From NCBI GenBank assembly GCA_963710605.1, contig CAVQBA010000006.1, forward strand, positions 96,001 to 160,000: a stretch of 64,000 bases of DNA, in the 5' to 3' direction. A program made the position numbers and the translations under genes. Shown in pieces: positions 22,432 to 32,726 of this stretch. How positions within the stretch are numbered: position 1 is the first letter of the stretch; the number at the start of each line of letters is the position of its first letter. The DNA comes from an uncultured cyanobacterium (GTDB lineage: Bacteria; Cyanobacteriota; Cyanobacteriia; Cyanobacteriales; Cyanobacteriaceae). A model generated the notes under the pieces. It did no database searches, had not been told where the DNA came from, and saw only the letters and a list, made by a program, of their open reading frames with translations.

Positions 22432-23723
22432 TTAGAATATCCGCTGACAATCGCCAAATTGACTTTCGATCGATTCAACAGGTGTCAGTGGTTGTAATTG
22501 CCAATGAGTTTGCAAATTCTGCAATAAAATATCTTGATTTCTTCTCATGGTAGGAAGACCATTACCATAGTTAATAATGGCAAAATAAACTTTTTCTCTC
22601 TCGACGGTAGGAATCACTCCAGATAAAGCACTGACTACCGCTAAAGACCCTGTTTTACCTGCAATACCAATAGGGATATTACGCTCTTCAAATGTACCCC
22701 TAGTATCAACACCAGCTACAGGAAACAAATCACCTAAATTAATATTACTATCAGCTAACATATGTCTAATGCCATAAACATCGAACTCGCCGCACGAGGA
22801 GAAATACGATTATTAACTCCTAAACCCGAACCATTAATTAATAAAACTTCCTCGGTTGGTACATTAGCGACTTTGGCGGCGATCGCACCTACTTTTTCAC
22901 CTCCGCCGATTTGTTGGGCTAAAGATTCGGCAATATAGTTATTACTATAAACATTCATCAAACGGAGGATTTCTTTGAGGGTTAGAGATTGATGAGTCAG
23001 TAATAATCGGTTATTGTTAGGTAATTCAGTTAGAGTTTTAACGTTACCTAATATTGTTACTTGTGGGCGAGGTATAGTTGGTTTAATAGTTTGATATTGT
23101 TTTTCGATCGTACTTGTCCATTGTTTCGAGTTAAGGGCTTGTTTAAACAATTTAGCTGATTGAATAGCACCTGTTTTATAATTCATTTGCCAATTACCAA
23201 TAACAACTAAATCACCTGTTATTTTTTGAATACCCAGTTTTTCAAGGTGATTACCAACTGAAATAGCTTCCTCCCAAACAAATAAAGGATCACCTTCTGC
23301 GAGTATAATTAAATCACCATCAACTACACCTTCGGTAACTTCTGCGGTGGCGTAAAATTTAGTATCAAAGCGATGATTTAACTCCCATGTTTGTAATGAA
23401 GCGATGGTAGTAGCAACTTTAGTCAGTGAAGCCGCAGGAGCGGGTATTTTACCTCGATTATCAGCCAGAGTTGCCCATTCAGATTGGATATAAATACCTT
23501 GCTGACTAGTAGCAAAACCTCGTCTAGCCAGATTGGCTAAATAACGATCGACTATTTGTTCGACTTCAATATCGGTATCGGTATTCACTTGAAAAATAGA
23601 AGCCTCATGCCAAGGTATGGTTTGTATAGGGGTGAAATCATCAGCAGAGGCAGAAGCAGAAAAAAAAGATAAAGCAAGTAAACCAAAAGTAAGCATAGAG
23701 GAGTAAAGATTGACAATGAACAA
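22432..23723 (-). CDS. dacB: D-alanyl-D-alanine carboxypeptidase (peptidase S13/PBP4); apparent frameshift near 22760
   Basis: AASLTK (SxxK), YSNN (SxN), NGSGL, AGKTGSL. Confidence 0.88.
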
Positions 23724-23817
23724 TTATTTATTATCCATTATCAATTATCAAATATCAAATAATTTAACTGACATTACCTACTTTTTTTTTAGTAATTAGA
23801 TACTAAAACTTTTTTTA

Positions 23818-23976
23818 CTCCCCTCTCCTCGCAGGAGCGGTCAGACCCCGCTCAGATGCGGCAAGTCGCAAGCGGTGGAAGCCCGCGTCGGCGACAGACG
23901 CAAGGGAACGTCCACCAAGACGGGAATGCTCACCAAGACGGGAACGCTGACCAAGACAGAGGGGTTGGGGGTGAGG
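23818..23976. repeat. GC-rich nested repeat element: REP-like shell with three 18-nt direct repeats
   Basis: ctcccctctcc...agaggggttgggggtgagg shell; gggaaYgYYSaccaagac at 23904, 23922 and 23940. Confidence 0.85.
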
Positions 23977-24035
23977 TAAAATCAAGATGAAGCTGGTACT
24001 TTTTTTCATCAAAATGTCCTAAAACCTAACATCAA

Positions 24036-25061
24036 TTATTTAATCTGATTGATTGCTTGGTTTACTCTGCTAATAACATTATCAGGTAACGGAATATAAC
24101 CTAAACTGGCACTGTATTTTTGACCACCAGATTTACTTACAGCCCATCTTAAAACTTTTTTTAAGGCATCAGCAGTTTTAGGGTCACTATAATTTTTGTA
24201 AGCCAAAATCCAAGTATAGGTTACAATTGGGTAAGAACCTGTACCAACTGGATCTTCGATAAAAGCTCTAAGATTAGATGGTAATTTAACTTGAGATAAA
24301 GTAGTAGTAGCACTTTGAAGTGAAGGCTTAACATATTTACCAGCTTTGTTTTGTAAAGCGGCAGTTTTCAAATTGTTTCTAGTCGCATAACCATATTCTA
24401 CATAACCGATCGCACCATCGGTTTGTTTGATAGTTGCGGTAACACCTTCATTACCTTTAGCACCAATACCAGTTTTCCATTGTACAGTTTTAGCTGAACC
24501 GACTTGACTTGTCCATGTGTTACTGATTTTAGAAAGGTGTTTGGTAAATACAGCAGTTGTACCACTACCATCAGAGCGATGAACTATTCTAACTGGTTTG
24601 GATTTGGATGAGCCTAATTGATTCCAATTAGTAATTTTCCCTAAAAATACATCAACTAATTGTTGACGAGAAAGTCTGAGGTTTGCTACATCACTATTAT
24701 TATAAGCAATAACGATCGCTCCTGCGGTTACAGGTAAAAGTACTGTACCTTTAGAAACTCTACTCATATCCTCATCTTTCATGGCTACGTCACTAGCACC
24801 AAAATCAACCGTACCAGCTATAAACTGCTTAACGCCAGAGCCACTACCAATAGATTGATAGTTTACTTGAACGTCTTTATTAATTTTGTTATATTCAACA
24901 AACCAACGTTGGTATAGAGGAGCAGGAAAACTAGCCCCTGCACCATTAATTCTAGTAGCGGCAAGTACAGGCTTATTAATTATTTGACTTGCAATTACAC
25001 CACCAGACAAACCAACTAAACCATATAAAAAATCTCTTCTTTTAAGACGAAAGTCGTTCAT
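24036..25061 (-). CDS. pstS: Phosphate ABC transporter substrate-binding protein with a Tat-like signal
   Basis: GAGASFPAPLY, YQSIGSGSG, DFGASD, RSDGSGTT, IGYVEY; N-terminal KRRDFL. Confidence 0.95.
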   Translation of the reverse strand: MNDFRLKRRDFLYGLVGLSGGVIASQIINKPVLAATRINGAGASFPAPLYQRWFVEYNKINKDVQVNYQSIGSGSGVKQFIAGTVDFGASDVAMKDEDMSRVSKGTVLLPVTAGAIVIAYNNSDVANLRLSRQQLVDVFLGKITNWNQLGSSKSKPVRIVHRSDGSGTTAVFTKHLSKISNTWTSQVGSAKTVQWKTGIGAKGNEGVTATIKQTDGAIGYVEYGYATRNNLKTAALQNKAGKYVKPSLQSATTTLSQVKLPSNLRAFIEDPVGTGSYPIVTYTWILAYKNYSDPKTADALKKVLRWAVSKSGGQKYSASLGYIPLPDNVISRVNQAINQIK

Positions 25062-25217
25062 TTTTCTGTATTAATCTCAAATAAAATATTGGTGGTTTGA
25101 ATCGATAAATATTACTTTACTTATAAATTTATTGATAACTTTATTTAGTTATTTATTAATAACAAACAAAATATTTTTTTCAAACTACGATCATTTTATA
25201 TTTCCCCCGTAATTAAA

Positions 25218-25247
25218 GGGTTAAGCCTTGATTAAAATACAGTTAAA
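25218..25247 (-). promoter_or_regulatory. Cyanobacterial Pho box (SphR site), three direct repeats
   Basis: Minus strand TTTAACTG-tat-TTTAATCA-agg-CTTAACCC (11-bp period, PyTTAAPyPy consensus), TAAAAT ~19 bp downstream, upstream of pstS. Confidence 0.8.
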
Positions 25248-25299
25248 CCTAATTTATTTTTAGGTTAATAAGCAATTTTTTGCTTTTCTTAATTAATTA

Positions 25300-25887
25300 T
25301 TAATTATCAATTATTACTTGTCCTTGTCGTAAAATATTCCATTGATTATTTTTCCATTTGATGACAGTAGAAGCGACATTGGAATTATTACTATTTTCAA
25401 TATCTAAAACATAAACAGTAGGAAAGATACGATCGATTTCTAGCATTTTAGTTAATGCTGTTTGTCCAGATAGATTAGCACTAGTAGTAGCTAAAGCACC
25501 TGTTTGTTTTAATATTTGTTGAGCGATCGCATTTTGGGGAACACGAACGCCAATACTATCGGGGTTCAGAGGATTCATTGTTCTAGGTATAATTGGTGAA
25601 GCTGGTAAAACCATCGTTAAAGCACCCGGTAAGTGTTTGTTTGCCATCTGTTGCCATAGTTTCAATTCTTCGGTTGTACCCTCAACGTATTGCCAAATAT
25701 CTTCAATCTCACCCACCATCAAAATTAAGGGTTTCTCATAACTACGTTGCTTCAACTCAAAGATAGATTCGCTTTGGACAGGTTGTACAGCTAAAGCTGG
25801 AAGTGTATCAGTCGGAAAACTAACGACATTACCCTCGATCGCTTTTTTGATTAAAACATCACTAGAAACTAAAGTCATTTTCGACAA
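25300..25887 (-). CDS. tsaC: L-threonylcarbamoyladenylate synthase (TsaC/YrdC/Sua5 family)
   Basis: SFPTDT, KQRSYEKPL, PGALT, GVRVP, TTSANLSG, ASTV, LRQG. Confidence 0.9.
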   Translation of the reverse strand: MSKMTLVSSDVLIKKAIEGNVVSFPTDTLPALAVQPVQSESIFELKQRSYEKPLILMVGEIEDIWQYVEGTTEELKLWQQMANKHLPGALTMVLPASPIIPRTMNPLNPDSIGVRVPQNAIAQQILKQTGALATTSANLSGQTALTKMLEIDRIFPTVYVLDIENSNNSNVASTVIKWKNNQWNILRQGQVIIDN

Positions 25888-26262
25888 CGTAAAAAGTAAA
25901 AAACAAATAGTAATCAGGATATCTAATTATTCATAATTAATTATCTGGTGATACTAATAAATAGAACTAAAAAAGCCTACCTTCACATAATATAGTAACC
26001 TTTTCTTTTAGAGCAGAGCAACGAACATCCCACACCAAAACAATTGTTCTTTTGTGGAGTTTACGGTGTTAGGCTTTTACCCGAAGAAGCTAAATATATA
26101 TCATAGACGATCGCTGTTATAGCAGTACAGATAAATAAATTAGTTAATTTAGTTGATTTAGCCAAAATGTTTAGATTCACAGAAAAACTTATTTTGAGAA
26201 TAAACAATTGAGAATAGATAGGGGAAAATTAATATTTTTGATTTTTAATAATTGCATTTATC

Positions 26263-26307
26263 GTTAATCTGTTCTTAAACCTTAATCAGTCACAGAGCAA
26301 TTATAAT
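26263..26307 (+). promoter_or_regulatory. Possible Pho box plus -10 upstream of pstB
   Basis: GTTAATCT-gtt-CTTAAACC, then TATAAT at 26302-26307. Confidence 0.45.
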
Positions 26308-26502
26308 TAGGGTGACGATTTTTAAAACAAAACTGTATATAACTAAGAGATATCTCTTTTTATTTTGCTAAATAAGCTTAAAATATTAATCTTAATTTAT
26401 TCAAATTATAGTTTTGACAAAATGTTTAAATTTAAAGCGTCTTTTTAACTATTAAGCAATTTCTTTTGCAATCAATTTTATTATCTAAATAAATTAAAAA
26501 TA

Positions 26503-27312
26503 ATGAATAATCCCTCTTCTCTTGAATTTACCGACAAAGTAGTATTAAGAGCAGAAAACGTTGACGTCTATTATGGTGCTCACAAGGCTGTCGCTGGTGT
26601 TAATTTAGAAATTCCTCGTAATAATGCGATCGCTTTTATTGGTCCTTCTGGGTGCGGTAAAAGTACTATGTTACGTTGCTTTAATCGTATGAATGATTTG
26701 ATTACTAGTGCGAGAATTGAAGGTAAAATCAAGTTTAATGGTCGAGATATTTATGCGAAAAATGTTGACCCTGTAAGTGTTAGAAGCACTATCGGGATGG
26801 TATTTCAAAAACCTAATCCCTTTCCTAAATCAATTTATGAAAATATTGCTTGGGGTGCTAAAATAAACGGTTATAAAGGAAACATGGATGATTTAGTCGA
26901 AGACTCTTTACGCAAAGCGGCTTTATGGGAAGAAGTAAAAGATAAATTGCGTCAAAGCGGTTTAGCTATCTCTGGTGGACAACAACAACGTTTATGTATC
27001 GCTCGTACGATCGCATTACAACCTCAAGTTATTTTGATGGATGAGCCTTGTTCTGCATTAGATCCAATTTCGACTTTAAAAGTAGAAGAATCAATTCATG
27101 ATCTTAAGAAAAATTTTACGATCGTCATTGTAACTCACAATATGCAACAAGCTTCTAGGGTATCTGATTATACTGCTTTTTTTAATGCTAAAAGCGTTGA
27201 AGGCGGTAGTGGTAAGTTAGGTTATTTAGTTGAATACAGTGAAACAGAAAATATTTTTCAAAATCCAACTGAGCACGCTACTCAAGAGTATGTTAGTGGG
27301 CGGTTTGGATAG
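26503..27312 (+). CDS. pstB: Phosphate ABC transporter ATP-binding protein
   Basis: [54 protein letters not shown]. Confidence 0.97.
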   Translation: MNNPSSLEFTDKVVLRAENVDVYYGAHKAVAGVNLEIPRNNAIAFIGPSGCGKSTMLRCFNRMNDLITSARIEGKIKFNGRDIYAKNVDPVSVRSTIGMVFQKPNPFPKSIYENIAWGAKINGYKGNMDDLVEDSLRKAALWEEVKDKLRQSGLAISGGQQQRLCIARTIALQPQVILMDEPCSALDPISTLKVEESIHDLKKNFTIVIVTHNMQQASRVSDYTAFFNAKSVEGGSGKLGYLVEYSETENIFQNPTEHATQEYVSGRFG

Positions 27313-27483
27313 GTTAAATAATTGACAGTTGACAGTTGACAATTAGTTTAAATTCAGAGAATAAATGTCAGCCAACAAATTTATCAAGAATAATTAATAA
27401 TTTAGAAGTTAAGTTTTTCTCGTTGCTGTTTCTATACTTGGATTAAACTAGATATAGATTTTTTTGTCGTTTAAGTTTAATTT

Positions 27484-28359
27484 ATGGATTTATTACGCTC
27501 ATTACCGATCGGGTTATATTTAGAAAAACCTCTAACTTGGTTACACAAATTAGATTCAAGAGTTAAATTAGCTTGGTTGATGAGTTTAATCTTGTCTCCA
27601 TTATTAGCTAATCCTTATTGGCGTATCTTTTTAGTTGCATTTTTAATCTTGATTACGGTATTGGCTTTAATTCCGTGGCGAGTACAAAAAAGACAAACTA
27701 GTTGGTTATTGTTTTTTACTTGTGTAATTTTTATTCTTACTTGTTTTGCCCCTGATGGCATGAATGTAACTTATCAGCCTCGATTGCCTAGTAGCGAAAT
27801 CACGATCGATTCTCCTAATAGTTATAGTTATATACTTTATACATTAGGCAATTTTACCGTTACTAGACGCTCTTTAGATTTAGCTATTAAAATTAGTACT
27901 TTAATTTTTACTTTAATTTATAGTAGTAATCTTTATTTATTAACCACCGCCCCAGAGCAAATAACAGCGGGAATTGAAAATTTATTATCACCTTTAAAAA
28001 GATTCAATTTACCAATTACTGAAATTGTTTTAACTTTAACTTTATCCTTAAGATTTATTCCATTAGTATTAGAAGAAATCCAAAATTTAATTCGCTCAAT
28101 TCGTACTAGAGCAATTAATTGGAAAAAATTAGGTATTAAAAGAGGTGTCCAAATTTGGTTGATTGTAGCCGAAAGACTGCTCGAAAATATCTTATTAAGA
28201 GCCGAGCAAATATCGATCGCTATGGAAGTTAGAGGTTTTACTACTCCTGATGAACATCAAGTTCAATGGCATCAACTTAAAATTAGAAAAAAAGATATAC
28301 TAGCTTTAATTATTTTATTTATATTTTGGGGAATGAGATTAACGATCGGGCGAGAATGA
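27484..28359 (+). CDS. Energy-coupling-factor transporter T component (CbiQ/EcfT, Ycf92-like)
   Basis: LHKLDSRVKL, LSLRFIPLVLEE, AMEVRGF. Confidence 0.88.
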   Translation: MDLLRSLPIGLYLEKPLTWLHKLDSRVKLAWLMSLILSPLLANPYWRIFLVAFLILITVLALIPWRVQKRQTSWLLFFTCVIFILTCFAPDGMNVTYQPRLPSSEITIDSPNSYSYILYTLGNFTVTRRSLDLAIKISTLIFTLIYSSNLYLLTTAPEQITAGIENLLSPLKRFNLPITEIVLTLTLSLRFIPLVLEEIQNLIRSIRTRAINWKKLGIKRGVQIWLIVAERLLENILLRAEQISIAMEVRGFTTPDEHQVQWHQLKIRKKDILALIILFIFWGMRLTIGRE

Positions 28360-28370
28360 GAAGATTGAAC

Positions 28371-29201
28371 TTATAAATAAACCAAATCTTCAGGTAATTC
28401 AGATAGCTTAAAAAAGTTATCCTTTTGAATAATAATATCTCTAAATAATTTTTTATTTTTACTAGGTAAAATAAGTACTTTTTCTGATTTGACTACAGAT
28501 TCACGAAAATTTTCTAAGTTTTTACTGGTTTCTAAATAACTAACTAAACGCCGAAATAACTTAGGTAAAACAACCACTGTTTTATCTTCAGCAAACAAAT
28601 CCCAAACATCAAAACCTTTATTAGTTAAGTCAAATTCCCATAATCCTTGATTATTTTTACGAGCAGAATTAACAGCTTGAGTCATTTTAATTCTTAGAGT
28701 TGGAGCAATTCCTCGGTAATAAGTAGGATAAGATTCTCCATATAATAGACTTTGATAATTAACTGAATTAAAAAATATATCTAGAGGTAAAAAGAAATTA
28801 CTCCCGTCTGGTTGATCAATTTTTCCTTTAAAAATAAAACCTAAAGGGCGACCATGTTGATCCGTTTTTTTAGCAACAATAAAACCCTCTGTATTATCAT
28901 TAGCCGAAGAAACCACATTTTGAGCTTCATTCCATTTAACCTCGGTAATATCTAAAGATTTCAAAAGAAAATCAGCCGCACTAATCGCCCATTTCATACT
29001 TTGTTGGCAATCACGAAAATGTGTTTCTAAACTATCTATACCAATCAAACGAATTTGGACATGAGCGTTTTCGTTTAAAACCGGAGGCAAACCTTTAATC
29101 TTATTCCAGTTTTCGGGGTTATTAGCTTTAAAGCGAATTGAGTCACCATCAGGTGAATAGCCAACAGCGTGAAATGTTCCTTTAATCAGAGTAAAAGACA
29201 T
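28371..29201 (-). CDS. Thermonuclease/SNase-like nuclease
   Basis: PDGDSIRF, IRLIGIDSLETH, DQHGRPL, ARKNNQGLW; start taken at MSFTLIKG. Confidence 0.7.
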   Translation of the reverse strand: MSFTLIKGTFHAVGYSPDGDSIRFKANNPENWNKIKGLPPVLNENAHVQIRLIGIDSLETHFRDCQQSMKWAISAADFLLKSLDITEVKWNEAQNVVSSANDNTEGFIVAKKTDQHGRPLGFIFKGKIDQPDGSNFFLPLDIFFNSVNYQSLLYGESYPTYYRGIAPTLRIKMTQAVNSARKNNQGLWEFDLTNKGFDVWDLFAEDKTVVVLPKLFRRLVSYLETSKNLENFRESVVKSEKVLILPSKNKKLFRDIIIQKDNFFKLSELPEDLVYL

Positions 29202-29585
29202 TGGTACGACTTTTAACCTCCATAAATAATAATTGACCAAGACTAATAAAAATACGATCGATATAATAGTTTTTCGATTGAGGAAGTACAGTTTTATCTC
29301 TCTAAATCTTCTTCTATTTGTAAGAAGACTTTAATTGAAGCGATGTACCTAACAATTATTAAAAACGCTATAATTTCTTAATTTTTGATCGTCTTTATTC
29401 TCTACTATAACAGTTGACAATCATTATCAGTAATTATCTTAAAACTTGATTTTTTTAGATTTAAATATAAAAGTACGATCGTTTGTACCTACATTAACTA
29501 TTTGTTGCTAATTTTCTTAATTTTATAGTCCTATACAAACAACAATGAGACAATTTTTTACATTTACTCTTGGTTTAATTTATCT

Positions 29586-30194
29586 CTAGCTCAAATAAAT
29601 AGTAACTATATCCGTCGGTAAATAATTAATTAATCGAGAATGGGCTTGGGTATAATATGCTCTTACTTCAGATAAAGTTATATTTTGTTCCTGCTGATTA
29701 AGATATTCTAATATTTTCTCTTCTTCCCACTGAAAATTATCTTGAGTCATTATCACAATTCTTTCTAAAGGATATAGTTGTTTTAGAGATTTTTCTAAAA
29801 AGTATTGTAACGGTAAGTAGCGTAAATTTTTTTGCGGTAATTGGTTAACTAAATTAGTTTTCTCACTGACAATTTGTTTTTGAGCGAAGAATTCTTCTAC
29901 TAATGAATTGATAACTACTTGCACATTGTATTGTGAAGCACGAATATTAACTAAAAATAGATCGAAAATATAAAACCACAACTTATCATAATAAGTATAA
30001 ATTAGTTTTTTATATTTAGGTTTAGCTTGCAACACATTTGCTAAGCGATAATGACGAAAAAAGATAGCTAATAAGTATCGACACTTATAAGGCTCATTTT
30101 CCCACTTTTTCCCAATTTGAAAATCATCCAAGGAATTTAACGGTATTATTAGCTCATGATTTATTTCGGGAAATAGCTCAATTTGATTATTCAT
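29586..30194 (-). CDS. Sigma-70-like (ECF-size) factor, divergent
   Basis: RYLLAIFFRH N-terminus and region-4-like LKQLYPLERIVI...LSEVRAYYTQAHSRL. Confidence 0.5.
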   Translation of the reverse strand: MNNQIELFPEINHELIIPLNSLDDFQIGKKWENEPYKCRYLLAIFFRHYRLANVLQAKPKYKKLIYTYYDKLWFYIFDLFLVNIRASQYNVQVVINSLVEEFFAQKQIVSEKTNLVNQLPQKNLRYLPLQYFLEKSLKQLYPLERIVIMTQDNFQWEEEKILEYLNQQEQNITLSEVRAYYTQAHSRLINYLPTDIVTIYLS

Positions 30195-30356
30195 ATATCA
30201 CATTGCATAATAGTAAATGGAGAAAATAAGGATTATAACAATTAATAATTGATGATAGCTAAGTGTTGAATGCGGAATACAAAAATGCTAAATGCACCAA
30301 TTAGTTAGAATATCATTATGATTGAATATATAGATAAAAATAAAATTTAAACTGGT

Positions 30357-30923
30357 ATGATTACAAACCTTAGTGTTGCTATTTTTGGAGCATTTTTACC
30401 TGAATTAACCGATAGTTTATTTTCCACGCAAGGCATCATGGTAATGTTATTGATGGCTTATGGTGGTGCAATGTGGATGTTTTTGAGTAGCGCACCGAAG
30501 GTTTATACGGTGATGGTGTCTGATGTTAATATTGCTAGACAGTTTTACGAGGAAATATTAAGTTTACCGATCGCTGAAGTTCCTTTACAATATTATTACG
30601 ATTACGAACAAAGTATGGGTGCGGCTAGTTTTGATCCAATTTACAATATGGGTTCTACTTTTAGCACATCTTCGGTTAAACCTCAATCGGGTTTATGGTA
30701 TCAATTAAAAAAGAATACCCAATTACATATTATTAGTGGTGCAAGCTTAGGTACAAAAAACTGTCAACGTCACGTGAGTTTCGATCGAGAATGTCTTGAT
30801 GCTTTATTATTAAGGGTGCAGTCACGCCGTTTGAAATACAAAATTCGTCGAGAAAGCCCTCTTAATTTCCTCGTCAAAGATTATGACAATCGAGTAATTG
30901 AAATGTCTGAGGCAAGCAACTAG
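30357..30923 (+). CDS. Glyoxalase/VOC-like protein, conserved in cyanobacteria
   Basis: VMVSDVNIARQFYE, QLHII, RHVSFD, VKDYDNRVIEM. Confidence 0.75.
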   Translation: MITNLSVAIFGAFLPELTDSLFSTQGIMVMLLMAYGGAMWMFLSSAPKVYTVMVSDVNIARQFYEEILSLPIAEVPLQYYYDYEQSMGAASFDPIYNMGSTFSTSSVKPQSGLWYQLKKNTQLHIISGASLGTKNCQRHVSFDRECLDALLLRVQSRRLKYKIRRESPLNFLVKDYDNRVIEMSEASN

Positions 30924-31073
30924 AAGAATTGAGATGAATTGCGAATTGAAGCAGTCATCGGGAATTGAGAATTGAGAATGGAGAATTGAAATTAATAATT
31001 GATAATTGACAATGAATGAATTCGGAAGTCAGAATTAGGAATTCGTAGTTAGGAAGGCAAGAGTGAATAATTA

Positions 31074-31199
31074 ACTCCTTACTCATTACTCATTACTCAT
31101 TACTCATTACTCATTACTCATTACTCATTACTCATTACTCATTACTCATTACTCATTACTCATTACTCATTACTCGTTACTCTTTACTCGTTACTCATT
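31074..31199. repeat. Heptamer tandem repeat (ACTCATT)x~18
   Basis: Read directly; immediately upstream of ldpA; degenerate GAGAATT-type repeats at ~30925-31060. Confidence 0.95.
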
Positions 31200-31217
31200 A
31201 CTTCTTACTTGTGTTTA

Positions 31218-32268
31218 ATGTCTGAATTTTCTTCTCCTCTTGATTCTTTAGTGCGGGGTAATTGGTTTAAATTGATTTGTGGTGCGAGTTATCAACATTT
31301 ACCTTCAATACGTAATTTGGCTTTAGTCTATACTTTAGCAGGTGCTGATTGTCTTGATTTAGCCGCCGATAAAGCTGTGGTTTATACTGCCTTAGAAGGA
31401 ATTAATGTCGCTGGCAAAATTTAGAGATAAAGCGATCGAGTTAGGGTATAATCCTCATCCTACTCCTTTACTTATGATAAGTATAAATGATGGAGAAGAT
31501 CCTCATTTTCGCAAAGCTAAGTTTAACCCGACTGAATGTTTAACTGATTGTCATCGCCCTTGTCAAACTATTTGCCCTGTAGATGCGATCGCTTTTCCTG
31601 CTCTTAATCAAGGAGTAATCGAAGAATTGTGTTACGGATGCGGACGATGTTTGCCTGTTTGCCCGATCGATATTATTGAAACCGAATCAAAAATCATTAG
31701 CGTTTCAGAAGTTTTACAATGGTTAGATATTTTACCGATAAGTGCGATCGAAATCCACACTCAGCAGGGACATTTCGATCGTTTTAAGCAGGTTTGGCAG
31801 ACTATTAAACCACAACTACCTAAACTGAAATTGATAGCCATCAGTTGCCCTTATACACCGACTGTGACTGAATATTTAACTCAAATTTATCAACATATTG
31901 ATTCTGATATTAAAGATGTTAACTTGATTTGGCAAACAGACGGACGACCAATGAGTGGTGATATTGGTAGCGGTACAACTCATCTTACAATTAAATACGC
32001 TCAACAAGTTAAACAGTTAAAGATGAAAGGGTTTATTCAATTAGCAGGGGGTACAAACGAATATACAGTATCGAAGTTACGTAGTTTGAATTTGCTCCCT
32101 TCAACGGTATCTGGTGTGGCTTATGGTAGTCAAGGCAGAAAAATAATTGCGGAAACTCTAACTCAATTAGAATCTATTTGTGAGCATAATCAATTAGAAA
32201 ATTATCCTGATTTACTTTGGCAGGCGGTAACACAAGCTAGACAATTGATTGCACCTTTAAAAGAATAG
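31218..32268 (+). CDS. ldpA: Circadian input protein LdpA (2x 4Fe-4S); apparent frameshift near 31420
   Basis: WFKLICGASYQHLP, NDGEDPHFRKA, CYGCGRCLPVCP, QTDGRPMSGDIG, QLAGGTN. Confidence 0.93.
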
Positions 32269-32493
32269 TGTCAACAATGTTGGGTTTCGCTTTTATTTAT
32301 GTATCGTTATATCTCTTGATGCTTTTGTAGCTCAACCCAACCTACAATAAATGCGATCGTACTGCGACGCTAATACACACAATAGTGAAAATTTAATTAG
32401 TAAAAACCTAATCATCAGTTATCATAGTTTCGTCTGGTATGATAACTCTATTTGCCGTGTATCGCTAGAAGAAGATACTCGATCGTTTATAGT

Positions 32494-32654
32494 TATAGTT
32501 ATTTAAAATAACAGTGAGACAATATTGAAGCTAAAATTAGAGTTTAATTTATTAAACGGTATCTGTTAGCCTTGTCAATTTATTGCAAGGCGAGTTTGGG
32601 ATTCATATTTTTACTCTTATTTATACTGTCTCAAACTTAATTAAAATGACTATA
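32494..32654. repeat. MITE-like element with imperfect TIRs
   Basis: tatagttatttaaaataacagtgagaca ... tgtctcaaacttaattaaaatgactata. Confidence 0.6.
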
Positions 32655-32726
32655 TCATAGTGTTCGGACACGATCGATTCCAACAAAAATAATTATTCAT
32701 TATTAATTATTAATTATTAATTACCA

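Noticed and set aside
23904-23957. CRISPR array from three 18-nt repeats
   Set aside because: The repeats are contiguous with no spacers, too short, and there are no cas genes.
23815-24012. 65-aa ORF on the minus strand
   Set aside because: It is a translation of the GC-rich repeat element.
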